Source: Candidatus Moraniibacteriota bacterium (GTDB lineage: Bacteria; Patescibacteriota; Minisyncoccia; Moranbacterales; UBA1568). Taken from it: a DNA stretch of 64,000 nucleotides. This document shows positions 56,201 to 64,000 of this stretch, one piece after another; the first letter of the stretch is position 1; every line of letters begins with the position of its first letter. The translations under genes were made by a program, and so were the position numbers. The stretch covers positions 272,627-336,626 of the forward strand of contig JAQTYF010000001.1 of NCBI GenBank assembly GCA_028688415.1, read 5' to 3'. The notes below the pieces were generated by a model. The model worked only from the letters and a program-made list of their open reading frames with translations. It ran no database searches and had not been told where the DNA came from.

Positions 56201-56472
56201 TCGAATATCTCGAACCACTCAAAAAATCAGGAAAGAAAATCGAGGAAGCGCTCGTGGAGACTGGACGAGTTCGGCTCCTCCCTATCGCCCTTACATCACT
56301 CGCTGCTATTCTCGGATCATTCACTATCGTCAGTGATCCAGTTTGGGAAGGTCTCGGATGGTCTATTATTTTTGGTCTCACAGCATCGACGTTCCTCACT
56401 CTTATCGTCTTCCCTCTGGTATATTTCATCTTCGCACGAAAAAAGTGGTATAATGAAACAAAAGAAGAATAA
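53197..56472 (+). CDS. RND efflux transporter permease (HAE-type, AcrB/AcrD family)
   Basis: A 1091-aa protein with a 12-TM duplicated architecture. TM4 carries LSLGLLVDDAIVVVENI, which is HAE-type rather than HME-type. It overlaps the MFP gene end by 14 nt. Confidence 0.9.
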   Translation: MSQNNPPEKLGLAGKITQIFLKNTELSILSIILLAVWGALSFSLMPKQYNPEIVAPAFTITTDFPGASASEIYELITRPIEDKVFELSDIDEVSSQSFPGGKSVVMVKFFVGSNREDAKITLNQKLRDNITTKPQGVSDPMIQSIDPDDVPILDIGLSSETFSPSSLRKLAIDISDTLKLTNGVSKVEIKGGYINHLEITIDGAKLSALDLTLDEVLGSLSQANDIYTFDTLETDERHSIVNIIGNIQNEESLNQIIVRNNGQTIVRISDIADVSYGPGEITHYVSRTEKDAENSPIVHIALSKLRGTNSTVVSEASLDTLDNLKGKLIPNDVRVDVLNDEGAIASGEISKLTFDLIKSIIIVGILLFIFLGAKNSLIATISIPLVLLAVFGTGFLAGQTINRITLFALILSLGLLVDDAIVVVENIARYFRLYPNENKLKLIVRAVDEVGGALALSTFTMAIAFIPMAFVTGMMGPYMGPIPFFVPVALIASLLFAVTINPFLALLFSKEKDKKQTNKTRSYESGIFFRIVKKIEGIYAEFLSRLLRERKRRNVFLGGVLILLIISLILPLTPLVPFRLLPKANKDQFSLYVDLPSGTHIEHTRKITEKIEKIILEESEITSVESAIGESLVVDFNGLFKGSSGRKGSNQATLKIHLTPHKDRSLVSEEIASSIRASLSLFTKGNPDAVIRLVEDPPGPPVLATFLLKIKGGDDRMREQIASDMTTEIRSISGIVDIDTSVLERGANISYRVNHEKAGLLGIAPNDIVRTLHTALSGSSIGLYHESSREDVRKAEQEYITIRFDKKSRDNENDLSLIRLMSKNGVTIPLTELIEKTEETVDTAILSDDREQTIYLSGEMEGRSIIYAVIDLFPKLLSYEIPGTSLKRVSWSLLGAVYEDTVTHKHYTIEIGGEWKLTLEVFRDLGIAMGLALFLIYFILAAKTESLFIPLLIMVSIPLALIGVLPGFALLQSFKGTYFNATSMIGVIALAGLAVKNAVIYLEYLEPLKKSGKKIEEALVETGRVRLLPIALTSLAAILGSFTIVSDPVWEGLGWSIIFGLTASTFLTLIVFPLVYFIFARKKWYNETKEE

Positions 56473-56490
56473 TTCAATAAGCATGAATCT

Positions 56491-56706
56491 ATGTCACTCT
56501 ACAGAATGGATATATCCACATGGTCAGTCGAACGCACGATGTTTGCCTTCGGAGGATTACTCGTTATCATTTTTTCTCTCTTGGCACTCTCAGTAAACGA
56601 TGCTTTTGTTTACGGGGCACTATTCATCGGTATAATGTTCAGCGTTTTCGCTCTCACTGGATATTGCCCAGGAGCCATTATTGTTGCCAAGATACTGAAA
56701 AAATAA
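56491..56706 (+). CDS. DUF2892-family small membrane protein (YgaP-like)
   Basis: Carries WSVERTMFAFGGLLVI…ALTGYCPGAII, which matches the ER…G…TGWCP pattern of DUF2892. Confidence 0.6.
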   Translation: MSLYRMDISTWSVERTMFAFGGLLVIIFSLLALSVNDAFVYGALFIGIMFSVFALTGYCPGAIIVAKILKK

Positions 56707-56758
56707 TAGAAATACTTTTTCTTTTCGGGCTCCGTATTCCACTCTTTCATCAAATTGT

Positions 56759-57700
56759 ATGAAACAAATCTCTCTTGTCATTCCTGCCTATAATGAAGCG
56801 GACAATATCCGTCCCATGTATGATGCTCTACAAAAATCTCTCTCGTCTATCAAGGATCGATATGAATTTGAAATTCTTTTTATCAATGACGGAAGTAAAG
56901 ATACGACGAGGGAAGAGGTAGCGAAGTTAGAGAACGAAAATACTCAAGTGAAATGTATTGATTTCTCACGAAACTTCGGTAAAGAAATAGCAACAACAGC
57001 CGGACTCAATCACTGTACCGGTGACGCGTGCATCATGATCGATGCTGATCTCCAGCATCCAGCAGAACGTATCCCTGATTTCATCACGAAATGGGAAGAG
57101 GGTTTCGATGTCGTCGTCGGTATACGAAAAGAAAACAAGAGTGATTCTTGGATCAAAAAAACAGGGAGCTTGATATTCTATACTCTCTTGAACAAAATAT
57201 CTGATATAGAAATCATTCCCAATACAACCGACTTCCGACTCCTCGATCGAGCCGTCATAGATGCATTCAACTGTTTCACTGAAACCAAACGTCTCACCAG
57301 GGGTCTCATAGATTGGCTCGGGTTCAGACGCGCATACATCACCTTTGATGCTCACGAACGCTTGCACGGAACAGCCTCCTATAGCGTCTGGAAGCTTACC
57401 AAACTCGCTTTGCACAGTTTTATGTCTCTCAGCCTCTTTCCACTCAAAATGGCCGGGTATATCGGTATTATCATCACATTCATCTCTTTTGTTTCTGGTT
57501 CATATATCTTTCTGGGGAAATATTTTTTCGATTGGTATTGGGCGCTCACCTTTTCTGATTCTGAAGACCTCGCTATCTTCATTGTGTTCCTCGTAGGTAT
57601 TCTCCTCATGTCTATCGGACTGATTTCTCTCTACGTTGCAAACATTCACGAGGAAGTCATCAAACGACCTCTCTATATAGTACGGAAAAATCGATCATAG
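56759..57700 (+). CDS. GT2 polyprenol-phosphate glycosyltransferase (GtrB/DPM1-like) with C-terminal TM helices
   Basis: Carries VIPAYNEADNI…FINDGSKDTT…IDADLQHP and two C-terminal TM helices. Confidence 0.85.
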   Translation: MKQISLVIPAYNEADNIRPMYDALQKSLSSIKDRYEFEILFINDGSKDTTREEVAKLENENTQVKCIDFSRNFGKEIATTAGLNHCTGDACIMIDADLQHPAERIPDFITKWEEGFDVVVGIRKENKSDSWIKKTGSLIFYTLLNKISDIEIIPNTTDFRLLDRAVIDAFNCFTETKRLTRGLIDWLGFRRAYITFDAHERLHGTASYSVWKLTKLALHSFMSLSLFPLKMAGYIGIIITFISFVSGSYIFLGKYFFDWYWALTFSDSEDLAIFIVFLVGILLMSIGLISLYVANIHEEVIKRPLYIVRKNRS

Positions 57701-57745
57701 AAAAGCAAGAGATACCGATTAATTCGATATTTCTTATTTCTAGAC

Positions 57746-58363
57746 CTATTCCTTATCAGTAAATACAACCAATCGTTTTGAATAATTCTTCGAATCTTTA
57801 TCCCATACCCCCTCACAAGTAATCAGATTCAGATGTGATTGTTCGTCATCTGAACTGAATATGTCGCTTGTATCAATGCTCGGATCATATATCCGCCATT
57901 CGCGCACGATAAAAGTGTTGATTGTTCCGGTTGCGTTTTCAACAGATACCGTATCTCCGATTTCAAGTGTGCTCAGATTATCAAACACTGAACCCTCCCC
58001 GTTTTTCCAAGTGCCGTAGTGTCCATCAATAACAGCGCTCCCGACATCTCCTGGACGTGGACCCTCACGAAACCATCCAACAGTATGTGGCCCATTTGGT
58101 ACTGCCATTGTTCCGCTTTGCGTAACGCCCATCTGATCTATCATGGCATCGACACCGATCTTGGGAATTCGTAAACGCACTGGTAACGGAGACAGTGTTT
58201 CATCTTCTTGGTCAAGATCTGAAGAGATGATATTTGTTGTCTGAACAGCAACAGGGCTATTCTCTTTCTCAAAAAAAACAAGGGGAGAAAAGATACCTAT
58301 TCCACAAACGAGACCACTCCCAAGAAGAAGCCAAAAGATTTTGTGTCGCACTGTCATCTTCAT
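57746..58363 (-). CDS. sortase (class E/F-like)
   Basis: N-terminal TM anchor, IDGHYG (His), LNLITCEG (TLxTC Cys) and REWR (Arg). Confidence 0.8.
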   Translation of the reverse strand: MKMTVRHKIFWLLLGSGLVCGIGIFSPLVFFEKENSPVAVQTTNIISSDLDQEDETLSPLPVRLRIPKIGVDAMIDQMGVTQSGTMAVPNGPHTVGWFREGPRPGDVGSAVIDGHYGTWKNGEGSVFDNLSTLEIGDTVSVENATGTINTFIVREWRIYDPSIDTSDIFSSDDEQSHLNLITCEGVWDKDSKNYSKRLVVFTDKE

Positions 58364-58448
58364 AGATATCGTTTTTATAAAGAGAGAGTCAAACCAGAAT
58401 CGGAGTGGCTCTTTTTATTTCCTCTCAGACTGTCTCGCATCATTTCTC

Positions 58449-59144
58449 CTACTGACGAGCAGTCAATGATGCAGTACAAACCGGTTCAGTAATCTGGTTA
58501 TTATCCATCGTCACCTGGGTATGTGCCCAAGCTCGCCCTTGCAGGCTCGCACCATTGGCAAGTGAAATAAGTCCTGTATTGGTGAGAATGCTTCCGACAA
58601 TGGCTGAATTTGTGCCGATTGTCATAGAAGTAGGGATTTGCCAAAATACATTACACGGGGTAGCTCCATTGATTAAACGCACTTGTGCCGTACCCGATGT
58701 CGTGATGCTTGATGAACTACGAAAAATATAGACACCAGCACCATTCAGAGTCAGTGTGCCGTTGAGCGTCGTTGCTCCTATGGTATACACGCCAGGTGTC
58801 ACAGTATTCGTACCAGCCAGATCGAGTGATCCTGTCGCTGATTCTCCTGCGAGATCACCATACGCGGAAGCGATAGCGTTCACGACAGCGACATTGCCGG
58901 CTCCATCTATCGTACCGGCTACTTGTGAACTGATGAGTCCAGGGTGGAGGAAGGCATTATCACCTACATCTCCCCAAACGTGTGTACCTGAACCAGTATT
59001 GGTGATTCCTGCATTACCAAAGACCGAATAGCCAGTAGCCACCCCGAGGTTTGGAGCAGTGGCCGCTTGTGCTCTCTGCTCTGAAAAGACGAAAGCACAG
59101 AGTGTGAAAGCAGTGACTATCAAAATTTTATTGGATAATTTCAT
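58449..59144 (-). CDS. secreted DUF3494 ('ice-binding-like') β-helix protein
   Basis: Signal peptide …AQA|ATAP, then LGVATGYSVFGNAGITNTGSGTHVWGDVG and repeated T/S-x-T/N rungs characteristic of DUF3494. GC-richer codon usage. Confidence 0.65.
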   Translation of the reverse strand: MKLSNKILIVTAFTLCAFVFSEQRAQAATAPNLGVATGYSVFGNAGITNTGSGTHVWGDVGDNAFLHPGLISSQVAGTIDGAGNVAVVNAIASAYGDLAGESATGSLDLAGTNTVTPGVYTIGATTLNGTLTLNGAGVYIFRSSSSITTSGTAQVRLINGATPCNVFWQIPTSMTIGTNSAIVGSILTNTGLISLANGASLQGRAWAHTQVTMDNNQITEPVCTASLTARQ

Positions 59145-59384
59145 TATTTTTTCATTATCAATTACAGAAACAAGTACAAAAAAACAGAGGTTTTCAGTCC
59201 TGTACTTTCAGCGCTCTATTCAATTATATTTGATTGTGTAGTTAGTATGACACGGCCACACGCAGAAGATTAGAAAAAATGTAAATAAAAAAAATGTAAG
59301 AAAAAGTAATGAACCTACTATCGACATATCCTTCTTTATGTCCACAGTAGCATAGTCTGAAAGAACCTCCTAACTTTCACCGAC

Positions 59385-61295
59385 CTAGAAAGAAAGTTCC
59401 TTCAGAAGATCATTCAGATCAAGCGAGGCCATGCCGACGACCGTATCACCGCCACCATAGTAGATGACAAGTTTCTTACCCATGATGATCGATCCGCACG
59501 GGAAAACAACGTTTGGTACGATCCCCTCTTTTTCGTATGACATTTCTGGTTCGAAGAGTGGTGTACGCGATCGTCCGATCACTTTTTCTGGATGCTTCAG
59601 ATCAAGCAGTGCTGCTCCGACTCGATAGGTATGGTCGACAGAAGAAACACCGTGGTAAATGAGGAGCCAGCCTTTCTTGGTTTTGAGAGGAGTCGACGAG
59701 AGACCAACTTTCAGATCATCCCACATGTTGATACGCGGAGAGAGGATAGGTCTCTTCACGAAGAAATGCTCTCCATCGAAATCATCGAGACTTTGAATAT
59801 AATTCAGATGAATAGAAGGCTGGACACGGTGAATGAAAACATATTGACCATCGATCTTCTCTGGAAAAATAGCCGCATCTTTGTTATCAACTTCCGCACT
59901 CGAAAGAAGAATTGGTTTGGTAAATTTCTCGAATTTTCGATGGAGAAAATCTTTGACAGCAATACTCGTCATCGCCACTCTCGGTGGATTCACTGCATCG
60001 AAAGCCGTATAACACATATAGTACGTCGAACCGATTTTGGTAAATCGTGCATCTTCACAACCCGAATTGCCAGGATTTTTCTTTTGCTCAAAATCTTCAC
60101 GCGGACTATAAATAGGAATCGGTAATCGCTCATCAATATGAACACCATCTTTGCTCACAGCATATCCAAAACGTGATGTCCCATCGAATCCTTGAGCACG
60201 ATAGACAATATGCACCTTGCCATCCTCATACATCGCAGCGGGATTGTATACTGCCATCGCTTCCCATTCATGCTCTGGAATTGGAGAGAGGATCGGGTTT
60301 TCTTCCGCACGATCGAAACGAAGAGAGCTTTCCTTGGCAAGCATTTCCCGAAGCAGTCCCGAAAGCGAAACCGTCGCACGACAGACTGTCGTATCAGCTG
60401 CACCATAGTAGATATGCACTTCATCTTCTTCTATATACGCCCCGGAAGGGAAAACGATATCAGGAATCATTCCATAATGCTCGTATTCTTCCTGTGGCAC
60501 CATGAGTGGTGTCGGTGTCCGTCCGATGATCTTGCGAGGATTATGGAGATCGAGGAGAACAGCTTCGATACCAAATACCTGATCTGATTTCCCATAGTGA
60601 TAGATATGAGAATAGATAAGTAACCATCCTGCTTTTGTTTTGAGTGGCGGAGCTCCGATTTCGACGTGATCATCGAGTGTCTTATGGAGATCGAGAGCAT
60701 GTTCTGGAAGTTCTTTGTACCATTTGTTCCAATATGCTTCCGACCACATATCTGATTCTTTTTCGAAACTTGCAAGAGCGATTGTCACAGGTGGCTGGTC
60801 AGTATTGGCACTGAGAAGCGCCATCATTTTCCCATCGATCTTCTCCGGAAAAAGCGTCATCGCTTTGGAATTGAAATTCGTCACATGATGCCTACTTTTT
60901 ATTGTCTTCAAATCTTTGGTCGTGACGAGTCCTACTGTGATACCCGCTGGCGAAAAAGGATACGTCGCGAGTGCGGTATAGAAGATATAAAACGTATCAC
61001 CGAGTTTCGTCACACGAGGATCTTCACAACCATATTGTTCCCACGGTTCTTCGGGGACGACAAACTGCGTGTAATCATTGAAATGTATCCCATCATCACT
61101 CACTGCGTGTCCGACGGTCGAGAGTGAGAGCATCGCTCCATGATGGAGTTCTGGTGTCGCGAGCGCTCGATAGAAAATATGAACTTTCTTCCCCTGTTTG
61201 ATTGGTGAACCATTGAAAGCAGCGAGATTTTCCCACATATTTTGACTCATGGGGAGTACGACAGGATTTTCTGGAGAGCGAACGAGTGAGTACAT
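59385..61295 (-). CDS. tandem-domain GH130-family protein (β-mannoside phosphorylase/glycosidase-related)
   Basis: Two repeats of the GH130 pattern (SPENPVV…WE…FN…GCEDPRVTK and AEENPILSP…WEAMAVYNPAA…GCEDARFTK). 636 aa. Confidence 0.8.
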   Translation of the reverse strand: MYSLVRSPENPVVLPMSQNMWENLAAFNGSPIKQGKKVHIFYRALATPELHHGAMLSLSTVGHAVSDDGIHFNDYTQFVVPEEPWEQYGCEDPRVTKLGDTFYIFYTALATYPFSPAGITVGLVTTKDLKTIKSRHHVTNFNSKAMTLFPEKIDGKMMALLSANTDQPPVTIALASFEKESDMWSEAYWNKWYKELPEHALDLHKTLDDHVEIGAPPLKTKAGWLLIYSHIYHYGKSDQVFGIEAVLLDLHNPRKIIGRTPTPLMVPQEEYEHYGMIPDIVFPSGAYIEEDEVHIYYGAADTTVCRATVSLSGLLREMLAKESSLRFDRAEENPILSPIPEHEWEAMAVYNPAAMYEDGKVHIVYRAQGFDGTSRFGYAVSKDGVHIDERLPIPIYSPREDFEQKKNPGNSGCEDARFTKIGSTYYMCYTAFDAVNPPRVAMTSIAVKDFLHRKFEKFTKPILLSSAEVDNKDAAIFPEKIDGQYVFIHRVQPSIHLNYIQSLDDFDGEHFFVKRPILSPRINMWDDLKVGLSSTPLKTKKGWLLIYHGVSSVDHTYRVGAALLDLKHPEKVIGRSRTPLFEPEMSYEKEGIVPNVVFPCGSIIMGKKLVIYYGGGDTVVGMASLDLNDLLKELSF

Positions 61296-61314
61296 AGGCT
61301 AATACAGACAAAAA

Positions 61315-63285
61315 TTATGCATTGGTAAGTGTTTTCTTCAAAGTCGTCATCGTGACCTTTCCAGTGGTAGTGAGCTGATCCAAGAATTCTCCGAGCGGTG
61401 CGGTAGCGACAGCGACCGTCGTGTCAGCTCCACCATAATAGACAAAAAGTGTCTCATCTTTGATTACTGCTCCACAGACATACACGACACCAGATTTCAA
61501 TCCTTCATTCTCATAATGTTCGTCTGGTTCGAGTATTGGTTCGACGCAACGAGCGAGGATTTTCTCAGGATCATTCTGATCGAGGAGCATCGCGCCTACC
61601 TTGTAACGATTCGGGTCATTCTGATCCATTGCGTGATAGAGTACGAGCCAGCCCTGATCCGTCTTGAGAGGAGTCGCACCGACACCTCGGACAATGTTAT
61701 CCCACTGACTCTTGTCGGTATAGTGTTGCTTGGTATGATAGCTATCGATGAGAAGTGATTCGTCATCGAGAGAAGCGACATAGTCGATAGATATTTTGGG
61801 CGAAATACTGTGAAGTACAGCATAATGACCATTGATTTTTTCTGGGAAAATAACCCAGTTCTTCTGAATCTGCCCAGGACGAGAGATGAGTCGTGGCGCT
61901 TCCCATTCCCATACTTTGTTCACGAAATTCTCCGTAGTAATGGAAGTCAGTGCCACTCCTGGTGGATTGTATCCATTGAACGAAATGTAAATCATATAAA
62001 TCTTGTCCTCGATTTGCGTCAAACGAGGATCCTCACAGCCACCCCATCCTCCACCAGAAATACACGGGAACGGATGCTTGTTTTTTTTGAAATCTTGATT
62101 GAGAAAATAGACAGGGTCTGTAGAACGTTCATCGATATGAACACCATCACTACTCCCTGCATAACCAAAGACGGAAATATTATCAAATCCTTGTGCCCGA
62201 TAGATCAGATGCACCTTGTCATTCAAATAGAGTGCAGCAGGATTGAATGTTGCCATCGATTCCCATGCATTTTCTTTGTTTGGTTCGAGAATAGGATTCT
62301 TCGCAGACCGAGTGAGAGGCTTAGTCACACGAGGTTTCTTGGTAGTCTTCGTGAGTGGTTTTTTGACAGTTTTTCTTGGCAGTTTGTTGTCCAGATCGAC
62401 ATCATAGGCGAGTTTCTCGGAGAATACTTCACCTCGTCCGTGTTCGAAATAGGCAACAAAAGCATTTTTCGTCTGGATGATTCCAAGTACTTTAATTTTG
62501 TTGGTAATCCAATCAATAGGCTGTTCCCAGAGAGGGTGCGCAGATCGCCATACGATTCTTCCTGGAGCCTGCTTATCAAAAAGCACGACACCGAGACAGA
62601 GCTTCTTGCGTGCATTTTTGGCAGTATAGAACAGTGCGATATGTTCACCGACATTCAACACTCGAGCAACTCGGAGAGCACTGTGATCAAAACGATTCTT
62701 CCGTGGTCGCATGAGGGCATCCGGCATAATGTGCCACTGATTGAGATTGGCAGAAGTCGCAATTCTGATGGAGGTGTTTCCGAAATAAAGAATATGGTGT
62801 TTTTCGAAAAGATATTCCGGCACTACCATACCGAAAGAATTCACCCCAGTAATGAGGGACTGTTTCTGAAACTGAATACCTTTGTGAGAAGTCGCTCCGT
62901 AGAGATGTGTACGGAGATGATGATCTCGCTTGGTATAGGTCATGAAATAGCGATTCTCTGCTATTTTGGTCGTCGCCATTTCATCGATATGCAGAGAATC
63001 TTCACGATGACGGAAGAACGCAGTATCGATCTTGAGATGTTTGGGAGAGTCGACAAAAGAAGAACCATTGGAACTTTCTTTCATTCTGAAAAAATATTCT
63101 TTCTTTCCTGAAAAAGAATAAATCAAACGGAACAGTCCGTTTTTACTGTATAAATCGAGACCACGAATAGGTGGTGTTTGTTGCATATTTTTTTGTTTTT
63201 CTTCCACGTCGACAATACTGTTTTGATATTGAAATGAAATATACCCTATCTTTTGTACGGTTTCTTTCACACCCGTATCATACAA
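61315..63285 (-). CDS. GH130-family protein with divergent N-terminal β-propeller-like domain (paralogue of 59385-61295)
   Basis: The C-terminal half reads AKNPILEPNKENAWESMATFNPAAL…GGCEDPRLTQ. The N-terminal roughly 330 aa is divergent. Confidence 0.75.
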   Translation of the reverse strand: MYDTGVKETVQKIGYISFQYQNSIVDVEEKQKNMQQTPPIRGLDLYSKNGLFRLIYSFSGKKEYFFRMKESSNGSSFVDSPKHLKIDTAFFRHREDSLHIDEMATTKIAENRYFMTYTKRDHHLRTHLYGATSHKGIQFQKQSLITGVNSFGMVVPEYLFEKHHILYFGNTSIRIATSANLNQWHIMPDALMRPRKNRFDHSALRVARVLNVGEHIALFYTAKNARKKLCLGVVLFDKQAPGRIVWRSAHPLWEQPIDWITNKIKVLGIIQTKNAFVAYFEHGRGEVFSEKLAYDVDLDNKLPRKTVKKPLTKTTKKPRVTKPLTRSAKNPILEPNKENAWESMATFNPAALYLNDKVHLIYRAQGFDNISVFGYAGSSDGVHIDERSTDPVYFLNQDFKKNKHPFPCISGGGWGGCEDPRLTQIEDKIYMIYISFNGYNPPGVALTSITTENFVNKVWEWEAPRLISRPGQIQKNWVIFPEKINGHYAVLHSISPKISIDYVASLDDESLLIDSYHTKQHYTDKSQWDNIVRGVGATPLKTDQGWLVLYHAMDQNDPNRYKVGAMLLDQNDPEKILARCVEPILEPDEHYENEGLKSGVVYVCGAVIKDETLFVYYGGADTTVAVATAPLGEFLDQLTTTGKVTMTTLKKTLTNA

Positions 63286-63340
63286 TATTTTTTTCGAAAA
63301 ATCAAAGGGTTCTGTACAAAAATAGAGTCAGAAAGATCTC

Positions 63341-63742
63341 CTAAGCGACCAACTGAGTACACTGCGAGCAACGCTTGGCAGACTTGGGTATTTCACTCAG
63401 ACATTCAGGACATTTCATCGTCGCAGGATCTGCAGGCGCTCCTTTGTGAGAACGCGCAACCAGCATATTCATCGGTTTCACCACAAAGAAGAAGATAGCA
63501 GCAGAAATGAGAACGAATGAAATGAGCGCATTCAAGAAATGTCCGATAAGGAACTTGCTCCCATTCAAGGTAAATATGAGATTGGAGAAATCAGGTACCG
63601 TGACGATAGCAGCGATGAATGGTGTGAGAATATCTGCTACGAGAGCGGTCACGATAGTACCGAAGGCTGCACCAATGACGACACCGACAGCGAGATCGAC
63701 GACATTGCCTCGGAGGAGAAATTGTTTGAATTCTTTGAACAT
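63341..63742 (-). CDS. mscL: large-conductance mechanosensitive channel MscL with C-terminal zinc-ribbon tail
   Basis: Begins MFKEFKQFLLRGNVVDLAVGVVIGAAFG…, the MscL TM1 signature. The C-terminus KCPECLSEIPKSAKRCSQCTQ is a CxxC…CxxC ribbon. Confidence 0.88.
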   Translation of the reverse strand: MFKEFKQFLLRGNVVDLAVGVVIGAAFGTIVTALVADILTPFIAAIVTVPDFSNLIFTLNGSKFLIGHFLNALISFVLISAAIFFFVVKPMNMLVARSHKGAPADPATMKCPECLSEIPKSAKRCSQCTQLVA

Positions 63743-63835
63743 GCTTTTTTGTCTTATAGGTCAATTATATTCAAGTAAATAATACAACAACCGTGGAAAT
63801 ATGTACAAAATCAATGAGAGAGAATATGAGTTTGT

Positions 63836-64000
63836 CTACTTCCAGATACTGATGACAAAAACAAGGATCATGGCGATACCGAGCAAGAGTTTGATGACGG
63901 TACCAGCGAGAAACCCAAGTATTGAACCCATGCCGGCTCGGAGAGAGGCTTGCGCATCCTGTTTGGCGACAAAGAATTCTCCGACGATAGCTCCGATAAA
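63836..64000 (-). CDS. C-terminal part of a small membrane protein (gene continues beyond window end)
   Basis: The minus-strand reading …FIGAIVGEFFVAKQDAQASLRAGMGSILGFLAGTVIKLLLGIAMILVFVISIWK ends with a stop at 63838-63836. Confidence 0.4.
   Translation of the reverse strand, partial: FIGAIVGEFFVAKQDAQASLRAGMGSILGFLAGTVIKLLLGIAMILVFVISIWK

Noticed and set aside
52080-56472. Heavy-metal (HME, CzcA-like) assignment for the RND pump based on the adjacent CsoR-family regulator
   Set aside because: TM4 carries the HAE-type LLVDDAIVVVEN motif rather than the HME D-D-E signature, so a metal-specific call is not supported by the sequence. It is kept as a generic HAE-RND pump.
58449-59144. DUF3494 protein as the substrate of the adjacent sortase
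   Set aside because: No LPXTG or similar motif, hydrophobic stretch or positively charged tail is present at the C-terminus (…ITEPVCTASLTARQ). Co-location is probably coincidental or functional rather than a substrate relationship.
1-64000. Prophage, IS element or integron signatures
   Set aside because: No integrase, transposase, recombinase, terminase or capsid-like ORFs and no attC-like or long terminal-repeat pairs were seen. The only mobile-looking features are short palindromic repeats and the inverted-repeat-flanked four-helix-bundle cassette.

Overview
The window is a 64-kb stretch of a compact, low-to-moderate GC genome, read from the + strand, in which almost every base is coding. 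My inference is that it comes from a monoderm, small-genome bacterium, possibly of the Patescibacteria/CPR type, because it has a dense set of glycosyltransferases, a sortase and a four-helix-bundle protein of the rRNA intervening-sequence family. This assignment is inference only, not a database result.

The first ~37 kb is a large cell-envelope glycan biosynthesis island. It holds GalE, two UDP-sugar dehydrogenases, about six GT2 and six GT4 glycosyltransferases, four to five GT-C (ArnT/PMT-like) polytopic glycosyltransferases, a Wzx flippase, two Wzy/O-antigen-ligase-like proteins, a flippase-like UPF0104 protein, an LCP transferase, an SGNH hydrolase and a GT26 enzyme. Housekeeping and RNA-repair genes sit between and after these: RtcB, a NUDIX hydrolase, ThpR, the priA-def-fmt operon, gltX, a standalone groES, a CtpA peptidase and an M23 peptidase.

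The last ~15 kb contains a GGDEF cyclase divergent from a Cas4-like PD-(D/E)XK nuclease, a CsoR-family repressor with a clear promoter and operator ahead of an MFP plus HAE-RND efflux pair, and a sortase. These are followed by a DUF3494 'ice-binding-like' secreted protein, two paralogous tandem-domain GH130 genes and an MscL carrying a C-terminal zinc ribbon.

The most unusual features are listed here.
- A ~0.9-kb non-coding block (48.64-49.56 kb) carries four tandem degenerate repeats, each built as a Shine-Dalgarno-like element, a conserved leader and an ATG that opens a 12-16-codon mini-ORF, plus paired hairpins.
- The four-helix-bundle (23S-rRNA IVS family) gene is flanked by perfect 12-bp inverted repeats derived from a recurrent GTATAC-containing intergenic motif. 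It looks like an IVS-like cassette inserted outside rRNA.
- A 22-bp perfect inverted-repeat hairpin lies upstream of rtcB.
- Two palindromic 'tctaat/ttaga' repeat elements occur, one of them in-frame inside the GT26 gene.
- Several GC-richer ORFs are candidates for horizontal transfer.

I found no tRNA, rRNA, CRISPR array, transposase or integrase by eye.
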